Assembly: GCA_965247685.1 (NCBI GenBank)
Contig: OZ252021.1
Location: forward strand, 360,001 to 392,000
Source of the DNA: Bdellovibrionales bacterium
Lineage (GTDB): Bacteria > Bdellovibrionota > Bdellovibrionia > Bdellovibrionales > UBA1609
DNA: 32,000 bases
Direction of reading: 5' to 3'
The notes beneath the pieces are model-generated. The model was given only the letters and a program-made list of their open reading frames with translations, had not been told where the DNA came from and searched no databases. Shown piece after piece: positions 26,047 through 32,000 of the stretch; positions within the stretch are counted from its first letter, which is position 1; each line of letters starts with the position of its first letter. Position numbers and translations under genes: made by a program.

Positions 26047-26676
26047 TTGATTGATTTTGCTGAAAAAGAATTCAATGAAATAAAAGAATATTTTCCTAAT
26101 TCTTCTTATGATTCAGTCAAAAATAGAATTGATATTTCACTTACTATGCCTCCTCGGTACTATAAAGAAAGTAATCTTTCTGAATGGGAGATAAAGCTTT
26201 GTAATAAAAATCAAACAGGTTGGTTTGATGGTGAGTATTTGATTACAATTGATTTAAATAGTCAGAAAGTTTTTGAACTTTCGGAAAAGATAAAGAGTTT
26301 AGCAAAACAACTAGGTAAAACATTTTTTGATTTACATGTAAATTCAGATGGAAGTTGCTGTCTAGGAATAGATATAGAGAATAAAAAAATGACTCTAACT
26401 GCATTTATTTTTGAAAAAGTTTTTCCTTATTTTTCATGGCAAGCTTATTATGCCAAGTATAAAAGAATTCCTCCTTGTGGAGAGTTCTCTCACGGCGATG
26501 CTGGCAAGCAAGAGGCAATTCAAGACTATGAAAAAACCATGACATCTGTAGATAAATTTGGTCGAAATAAACCCTGTCTTTGTAAAAGTGGGAAAAAATA
26601 TAAGAAATGTTGTTTCCTTTCTGATGAAAAAAAGAAATCTTATTTAAGGGAATTCGAAAAAAACAATAACCTGTGA
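26047..26676 (+). CDS. E2 (UBC)-like protein with C-terminal SEC-C zinc-binding motif (Cap2-short-like)
   Basis: LHVNSDGSCCLGIDI resembles the UBC active site (H-P-N-x(3-4)-G-x-I-C-L-D-I). It is preceded by an N-terminal helix and strand-like segments. The C-terminus CLCKSGKKYKKCC is a SEC-C motif. TTG start 5 nt after the CD-NTase stop. Confidence 0.5.
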   Translation: MIDFAEKEFNEIKEYFPNSSYDSVKNRIDISLTMPPRYYKESNLSEWEIKLCNKNQTGWFDGEYLITIDLNSQKVFELSEKIKSLAKQLGKTFFDLHVNSDGSCCLGIDIENKKMTLTAFIFEKVFPYFSWQAYYAKYKRIPPCGEFSHGDAGKQEAIQDYEKTMTSVDKFGRNKPCLCKSGKKYKKCCFLSDEKKKSYLREFEKNNNL

Positions 26677-26716
26677 GATTGTAAGTAGAGGAGGCTCTAG
26701 AGAAAATATAGAAATG

Positions 26717-26782
26717 ATGGAAAATATTTAATATTTTGAATCTAAGAATATTGTATCAAAACAAATCATAATCCCTATAAAA
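26717..26782. repeat. 66-bp repeat R66b
   Basis: Matches 21886-21951 at 64/66 positions. Lies 40 nt after the stop of the E2-like gene. Confidence 0.92.
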
Positions 26783-26828
26783 TTTTAAAGACTCTCATGG
26801 TGTAAGAAATAATGTATTTGCTATCTTT

Positions 26829-27341
26829 ATGCATGAGGGTGAGCTTTCTTCCTCTTCTGTAAATAGCTTAATTTCGGACATTAAATCATTGGACAAAAAA
26901 ACAGACCATGAATTTGATTTATTATTAGATACTATTCTTATAACACAACAAAAAATATTAGCTACTGAAAACATCATGAGAGAATTAAACATATTACACA
27001 GAGCTGTTACTAAAAAAGAAGCTATTTATCAGTCACAATATATCTCAAACAATCTTGGTAATTATCCAAAATTATATCCTATAGAAATAGCACCTTTATT
27101 TGATTCAACTAGATACTTTCTAATCGAGATTAGCCTATTGTTTGACCACGCATATAAATCAAAGCAGTTGATTGAAAGTATTTATGAAAAGCTTAAATTT
27201 AAAAAGGAAGATAGAACATACATACAACCTGAGGTAAGAAAAAAATATGATGCGATTTTAGAAGAAACAAAAAAAAATAATTCAAATCCAAACCAAAAAA
27301 TATTTGATACGGTTATAAATAACAATAAAAAGACCACTTAG
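26829..27341 (+). CDS. Hypothetical 170-aa helical protein
   Basis: ORF only. No TM helix and no recognisable motif. Lies between the two defence operons. Confidence 0.45.
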   Translation: MHEGELSSSSVNSLISDIKSLDKKTDHEFDLLLDTILITQQKILATENIMRELNILHRAVTKKEAIYQSQYISNNLGNYPKLYPIEIAPLFDSTRYFLIEISLLFDHAYKSKQLIESIYEKLKFKKEDRTYIQPEVRKKYDAILEETKKNNSNPNQKIFDTVINNNKKTT

Positions 27342-27579
27342 ATTAAAACTTTCAAGATTAATATTTGGAGGATTTTTAGTTTTAGAAGAGAAGATTTGAA
27401 TATTAAAGCTGTAAAACCCTTCATTAGTTGATTACAGAGCAATTATGAAGGCAAACAACTCAAAACACACAGTTCTAAATTCGTTCACTCTCCCCCGTCA
27501 TTCTTTTAAAAGTCCTACTAGAGATATTTGTATCTATAAAATTAAAGTTTTTAAGACTTTAGTCCGACAATTGTAGAAT

Positions 27580-28812
27580 ATGTCTGTAGATACCTTACTG
27601 AATATACTTCTACCTGCTAGTTGGTTTGATTGGATCTTCTTTGGTTCTATCTTTGTACTATTTTTTTTGTCTATAGCAAATATTATTTCCATAAACCCAA
27701 ATGTTTTAGTAACAATAGGTATTCTTGGAACTTTTCTTGGTATAGCCACAGGGCTTAATGATTTCAACACTTCAGATATTAGCGCTAGTATTCCTCAATT
27801 ACTAAAAGGATTGAAACTTTCTTTTAAGACAAGCCTTTGGGGAATAATTTTTAGTTTAATTTTAAAAACTATCAATAGTTTTTTATCAACTACAGAGGAT
27901 ACATCAGATACACCAAAGAATATTCAAAATATGCTTTTTCAGATAAATAAAGGGTTATCTGATTTAAGAATAGATATTCATCATTCTTACAATGAGAAGT
28001 TAAGAATCGGCAATAAACAACACACAGAATTTCTTTCTGAATTCAGAAATTTTACAAAAACTATGGCCAAACAAAATTCCAAAGCATTGATCGAAGCTTT
28101 AAATGAAATCATTACAGATTTTAATAAAAATTTAACTGAACAATTTGGAGAAAATTTTAAACAATTAAATACAGCAGTTCATAAGCTAGTAGATTGGCAA
28201 GAAAATTATAAAACTCATATTGAAACTTTACAGAACAAAATGGACTTAGCTCATGAATCTATTTTAAAAACGGAAGAAGTTCTAAAACAAATTGCTCTAC
28301 ATATAAAAGAAATTCCTGAATATTTATCTCAATTCAAAGATATGTTGACCGCACTAAAAAGAACAACTGAGGAGCAGAAAGTTTATTTAACAGGAATAAA
28401 AGAATTAAAGGATCAAGCTATTCAATCTTTCCCTATAGTTGAAGAGAATATTAAAAAAATAACAACAGATTTTTCTGAAATTGCCGAAGAATTTAGTAAT
28501 AAAACAAAAGTAAATTTAAACTCTCAAAAGAAAACTTTTTCATCATTAGAAAAAGGATTTAGTGACTTACAAATTTCTTCCGAAGAGTTAAACAATCAAA
28601 TGCAATCTACTATGAAGGGCATCTTAGGAAAAATGTCTAATGAAATTAATAATAAGATAGAAGAATTCGATCAAAAAATGCAAGAAGAGTTAAGAAGAGT
28701 TATAGAAACAATGGGAAAGCACCTTGCTTCAATAAATGAAAAAGTTGCTAAAGATTACACTCCTATAATTAATCATCTACAAAAAATCCTAGAAGGAGTG
28801 AGCCCTCGTTGA
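27580..28812 (+). CDS. zorA: MotA/ExbB/TolQ-family channel protein with ~290-aa coiled-coil tail (ZorA-like, compact)
   Basis: Three TM helices. GILGTFLGIATGL and FKTSLWGIIFSLILK resemble the two conserved MotA/ExbB channel helices. The remainder is K/E/Q/L-rich with heptad character. An in-frame stop lies 2 codons upstream, so ATG 27580 is the only available start. Confidence 0.7.
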   Translation: MSVDTLLNILLPASWFDWIFFGSIFVLFFLSIANIISINPNVLVTIGILGTFLGIATGLNDFNTSDISASIPQLLKGLKLSFKTSLWGIIFSLILKTINSFLSTTEDTSDTPKNIQNMLFQINKGLSDLRIDIHHSYNEKLRIGNKQHTEFLSEFRNFTKTMAKQNSKALIEALNEIITDFNKNLTEQFGENFKQLNTAVHKLVDWQENYKTHIETLQNKMDLAHESILKTEEVLKQIALHIKEIPEYLSQFKDMLTALKRTTEEQKVYLTGIKELKDQAIQSFPIVEENIKKITTDFSEIAEEFSNKTKVNLNSQKKTFSSLEKGFSDLQISSEELNNQMQSTMKGILGKMSNEINNKIEEFDQKMQEELRRVIETMGKHLASINEKVAKDYTPIINHLQKILEGVSPR

Positions 28813-29510
28813 GTTCTTTAAAAGATATTATTGGTTCTAAAGCAGAAGATGAATCTCAATGGATTTCCATATCAGATTTCATGACTGCTTTAATGGTTAT
28901 TTTTCTGTTTATTGCAGTCATTTATATGAGAGAAGTGAATGGGATAATTAGTTCTTATAGAGATTCTAGAAATGCGATCTATAAAAATTTAAAGAAAGAA
29001 TTTGGAAGTGATTTAAAAAAATGGAAAGCTGAACTTATTAGAGAATCCTTAACTATTCGTTTTGTTGCACCAGAAATATTTTTCGATCCTGCTAAATCAA
29101 CAATCAAACCAGCATTTAAAATTATACTAAATAATTTTTGCCCCAGATATTTTAAGACTATTTATCAATCTAAAAAAGATATTGAGGAAATTAGGATAGA
29201 GGGTCACACATCTATAGAGTGGTTCAACTTTCCAAAAAACATAGCTTACTTTAAAAACATGGAATTATCTCAAAATAGAACACGATCTGTTTTACAATAT
29301 TGTTTCAATTTAGTAAAAAATTCAAACCAAAACAAAGAATGGATTAGAAAACATCTTACAGCTAATGGTCTTTCTTCAAGTAAGCCTTTAAAAAAATGTA
29401 ATCAACTCGCATGTCATAGAAGGGTTGAGTTTCGTGTGCAAGTCAAAGCAGAATCAGTGCTGAATAAAATATCAAATTTTGGAATGAAAAAAAATCGAAG
29501 GTTTAGATGA
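28809..29510 (+). CDS. zorB: MotB/OmpA-family stator-like protein (ZorB-like)
   Basis: QWISISDFMTALMVIFLFIAV is a MotB-type TM helix with the conserved Asp. OmpA-like C-terminus: RIEGHTS, LSQNRTRSVLQY, GLSSSKPL and RRVEFRV. The TTG start overlaps the upstream TGA. Confidence 0.75.
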   Translation: MSSLKDIIGSKAEDESQWISISDFMTALMVIFLFIAVIYMREVNGIISSYRDSRNAIYKNLKKEFGSDLKKWKAELIRESLTIRFVAPEIFFDPAKSTIKPAFKIILNNFCPRYFKTIYQSKKDIEEIRIEGHTSIEWFNFPKNIAYFKNMELSQNRTRSVLQYCFNLVKNSNQNKEWIRKHLTANGLSSSKPLKKCNQLACHRRVEFRVQVKAESVLNKISNFGMKKNRRFR

Positions 29511-30364
29511 AAATTGAAGTGGATTTTAAGGGTTTAATTAGATTAAAACAAAAAATAAATGCTTCCGAAACCAGTTGGAATTTGGATGATTCTCACCCAT
29601 TGAGTGCTTTGTCTTTGTACGAAGGTGAAGAAGTTAGTTCTTTAAACGAGATTGAAATTTATTGTGACTTACTTACTAATAAGAAAGGAGAGCAAATCAT
29701 ACTTTATATCAAAGATTCCAGAATATCGGAGGAAAAAGTTTCAGAACCAGAAAGGGCTCCAAAATTTCATATAGCAGATTGTCGTACACTTGAGGAAATG
29801 AGAGAAAATAATCGTTCTGCAAGATACGTTACTACAACCAGAGCTACAGGAACATTTCTTGTGGATGCGACAAATCCTGACACGCAAGAAGTTATAAAAG
29901 ATTTAGAAAGGCCTTTACATGTATGCAAAAATTGTCTGACAAAATTAGGTTGGAACGGCTATGATCCTGAAAATCCCAAGAAGCAAAGAAATCTTATAGT
30001 TAATGAGTTTTCAATAATTGATTTTCTCGCCACTTACAGCACTTTCTTTAAGGAAAAACCAAATCAGAGTGATATTACGACAAAGACAGGTGGTTATGTT
30101 AAAAATTGGCCAGAGATAGCCAATAGACATAAAGAGAGAACAGATTGGAAGTGTGAGAAGTGTGAAGTTAATCTAAGCACTAAAAAAGAGTATCTTCATT
30201 GTCATCATAAAAATGGTGTTATACAGGAAAATACCAGCTCAAATTTGGAAGCTTTATGTTTTGAATGTCATGCTAATAAGCCTTATCATGGCCAACTTAA
30301 AGCTATCTTAAACAAACAGCCTGAAATCAAAAAGGAAATAGACAATCTAAGAAAGAGAACTTGA
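29507..30364 (+). CDS. zorE: HNH endonuclease-domain protein (ZorE-like)
   Basis: C-terminal CEKCEVNL...LHCHHKNGV...SNLEALCFECHANK is an HNH motif with CxxC...CxxC zinc knuckles. ATGA overlap with the upstream gene. Confidence 0.7.
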   Translation: MKIEVDFKGLIRLKQKINASETSWNLDDSHPLSALSLYEGEEVSSLNEIEIYCDLLTNKKGEQIILYIKDSRISEEKVSEPERAPKFHIADCRTLEEMRENNRSARYVTTTRATGTFLVDATNPDTQEVIKDLERPLHVCKNCLTKLGWNGYDPENPKKQRNLIVNEFSIIDFLATYSTFFKEKPNQSDITTKTGGYVKNWPEIANRHKERTDWKCEKCEVNLSTKKEYLHCHHKNGVIQENTSSNLEALCFECHANKPYHGQLKAILNKQPEIKKEIDNLRKRT

Positions 30365-30373
30365 ACAATTGGA

Positions 30374-30404
30374 AATGAGTTTAAGTACGAAACTCATTTT
30401 AATT
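30374..30404 (+). terminator. Probable terminator after the HNH gene
   Basis: aatgagttt (30374-30382) pairs with aaactcatt (30390-30398) and runs into ttttaatt. Confidence 0.55.
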
Positions 30405-30569
30405 CAGATAAACCAAGTGATTTTATCAAGACCTATCAATTCCAAGCTGTTTAAGATAGGTATTTTCCAAATTGAAACATAAAACTCAGGAACACACTCC
30501 ACCTTCTTGGATACGAAGGTTTTTAATGAAAAATCGATTATAATTAGGTTTTAGGGCAAAAAAACAAGC

Positions 30570-30602
30570 CCAACTAGTAAAAAAATGAGATTTTTAATAG
30601 TT
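30570..30602. repeat. 33-bp direct repeat, copy 1 (upstream of fic)
   Basis: ccaactagtaaaaaaatgagatttttaatagtt is identical to 30642-30674. Confidence 0.92.
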
Positions 30603-30641
30603 AAGACCTTGCAATTATACAAAACTATCAGTTAACCTTAT

Positions 30642-30674
30642 CCAACTAGTAAAAAAATGAGATTTTTAATAGTT
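30642..30674. repeat. 33-bp direct repeat, copy 2 (ends 13 nt before the fic start codon)
   Basis: Identical to 30570-30602. The copies start 72 bp apart. Confidence 0.92.
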
Positions 30675-30687
30675 GAGGGTGTGAAAA

Positions 30688-31830
30688 ATGAATAAAAACA
30701 AACAAACAGGTCGTTTTATTCCGAAATTGAATGGAGACAGCTATGAAGCTTTTATCCCAAACCCTCTTCCTCTTTCTGCTCCTTTTCGAATGGAACAGTT
30801 TTATACATTGCTTGAGAAAGCAAACACATCTCTAGGAAGACTAGATGGAATTACAACGGTTCTTCCAAGTTTTAGAAGATTATCTAATATATTTATGAAA
30901 AAGGAAGCCACTCTTTCTTCTAAGATAGAAGGTACACAATCAACTTTATCTGACTTTTTAATTTTTGAAACAAAAGAAGATCAAACAAAATCAGAAGATA
31001 ACATAGAAATTCAAAACTATATTTTAGCTATGGAACATGGTTTGCATAAAATAACAAAACTACCTGTGTCTCGTAGACTGATTTGTGAAATTCATAAAAT
31101 ACTTCTTTCAAGTGGTCGAGGAAGTGATAAAACTCCTGGCGAGTTTCGTAAAACACAAAATTGGATAGGGGGATCTCGCCCAGAAAACGCTATTTTTATC
31201 CCACCACCCCCTGAAAACCTTGATGAATGTTTTAGTGATTTTGAGAAATTTTTAAATAATAAAAACGTGCAAATGCCCACTCTTATCAAAGTTGCTTTAG
31301 CACACGTTCAGTTTGAAACTCTACACCCTTTTTCGGATGGAAACGGAAGAGTAGGAAGACTTCTAATTACTTTCATGCTTTGTTTAAGTGGTCTTTTAAA
31401 AGAACCTTTATTATATCTCAGTTTATATTTTCATAAGCATAGAACAGAGTATTACAATCTACTACAATCTGTTAGAGAAAAAGGAGATTGGGAAGCTTGG
31501 GTTCATTTCTTTCTGACAGGGATTATAGAAACTGCTAAACAAATTCAAGATACATCTCATCAAATTATTAATACATTCAAAGAAGATGAAAAAAGAATAA
31601 AGGGTGAGTGTACGGCTGGGGTTATTAAGGCCTATGGTTGTTTTAAAACATATCCTATTGCTTCGGTTAAAAAAGTGCAGGAAGAATCTTCCTCATCCTA
31701 TCAAACTACTTTAAAATCGTTAAAAACTTTGGAAAAACTTGGATTAGTTAAAGAAATAACAGGTCGACATCATAACAAAATTTTTATTTATAAGAGTTAC
31801 ATAAACATCCTTGAAAGAGGACTCAATTAA
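30688..31830 (+). CDS. fic: Fic-family protein (AMPylase-type) with N-terminal inhibitory helix and C-terminal wHTH-like region
   Basis: Fic motif HPFSDGNGRVGR (HxFx[DE]GNGRxxR). N-terminal SSKIEG fits the [ST]xxxE[GN] inhibitory motif. The length and layout are typical of Fic_N + Fic proteins. Confidence 0.88.
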   Translation: MNKNKQTGRFIPKLNGDSYEAFIPNPLPLSAPFRMEQFYTLLEKANTSLGRLDGITTVLPSFRRLSNIFMKKEATLSSKIEGTQSTLSDFLIFETKEDQTKSEDNIEIQNYILAMEHGLHKITKLPVSRRLICEIHKILLSSGRGSDKTPGEFRKTQNWIGGSRPENAIFIPPPPENLDECFSDFEKFLNNKNVQMPTLIKVALAHVQFETLHPFSDGNGRVGRLLITFMLCLSGLLKEPLLYLSLYFHKHRTEYYNLLQSVREKGDWEAWVHFFLTGIIETAKQIQDTSHQIINTFKEDEKRIKGECTAGVIKAYGCFKTYPIASVKKVQEESSSSYQTTLKSLKTLEKLGLVKEITGRHHNKIFIYKSYINILERGLN

Positions 31831-31896
31831 TTATGTTATAGACTTGGCCGAAATGAACCATTTTAAAAGCTTCCTAGTTGTTACCTAACAATATCT

Positions 31897-32000
31897 TTAT
31901 TTTTGGATTTTAAATTGACTGGCTAATCTTTGTGCTTCTGCAATTTGATCCTTCGTCATTTGATTCTTTAGTGTATTCAACAATTGATCTATCGCCTTTT
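31897..32000 (-). CDS. 3' end of a gene running into the window from the right; Sel1-repeat-like C-terminus (partial)
   Basis: The reverse-strand frame reads KAIDQLLNTLKNQMTKDQIAEAQRLASQFKIQK-stop (stop at 31897-31899). This resembles the common Sel1-repeat protein ending (...QIAEAQ+LA...). Confidence 0.35.
   Translation of the reverse strand, partial: KAIDQLLNTLKNQMTKDQIAEAQRLASQFKIQK

Noticed and set aside
24125-26676. Full type II CBASS with Cap2 (E1-E2) and Cap3 (JAB), or type III with HORMA/TRIP13
   Set aside because: No ORF with E1 adenylation, JAB, HORMA or AAA+ features is present. The third gene is only 209 aa.
24229-27770. Antisense ORFs 24229-24558, 26795-26992, 27534-27770
   Set aside because: They overlap the patatin gene, the 170-aa ORF and the MotA-like gene start respectively. 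They are typical AT-rich antisense artefacts.
27580-29510. Flagellar stator (MotAB) or Tol/Exb energising complex
   Set aside because: There are no flagellar, TolA/R or TonB partner genes adjacent. The MotA-like protein has a long coiled-coil tail and is translationally coupled to an HNH nuclease inside a defence island.
31092-31289. 65-aa ORF antisense to fic
   Set aside because: It lies inside a confidently assigned gene.

Overview
AT-rich (about one-third G+C by eye) chromosomal window from a Gram-negative (diderm) bacterium. TonB, Lol-type lipoproteins, MltG, NagZ and type IV pilins support this. A Bdellovibrionota/Oligoflexia-like origin is only a low-confidence guess. Left half (1-16000) looks like core genome: rplM-rpsI, two paralogous vWA-like lipoproteins separated by a compound tandem-repeat array, mltG, a nagZ-dppB-dppC-like operon, tRNA-Leu(GAG), a TonB-family protein, ggt, hsp20 and several lipoproteins or secreted proteins of unknown function. 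Right half (about 16300 to the window end) looks like an integrase-associated accessory/defence island with a mosaic, repeat-rich structure. It begins with a tyrosine integrase, followed by two type IV pilin cassettes that share a near-identical promoter and constant region of about 500 bp; the second pilin is frameshifted. Next come an LtaS/sulfatase-family membrane enzyme, two copies of an 85-aa membrane protein, and an orphan 344-aa protein. A three-gene CBASS-like operon follows (patatin CapV-like, SMODS/CD-NTase, E2-like protein with a SEC-C zinc motif). After an orphan 170-aa protein sits a translationally coupled MotA-like/MotB-like/HNH operon with the gene content of type II Zorya but a compact MotA-like subunit, then a Fic protein. 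Short repeats of 33 and 66 bp create an apparent empty-site/filled-site pair that delimits the CBASS operon as a discrete 2.7-kb cassette. A promoter-plus-terminator unit just upstream of it may encode a small RNA or leader. All calls rest on reading motifs in the supplied translations and sequence; no database search was possible.
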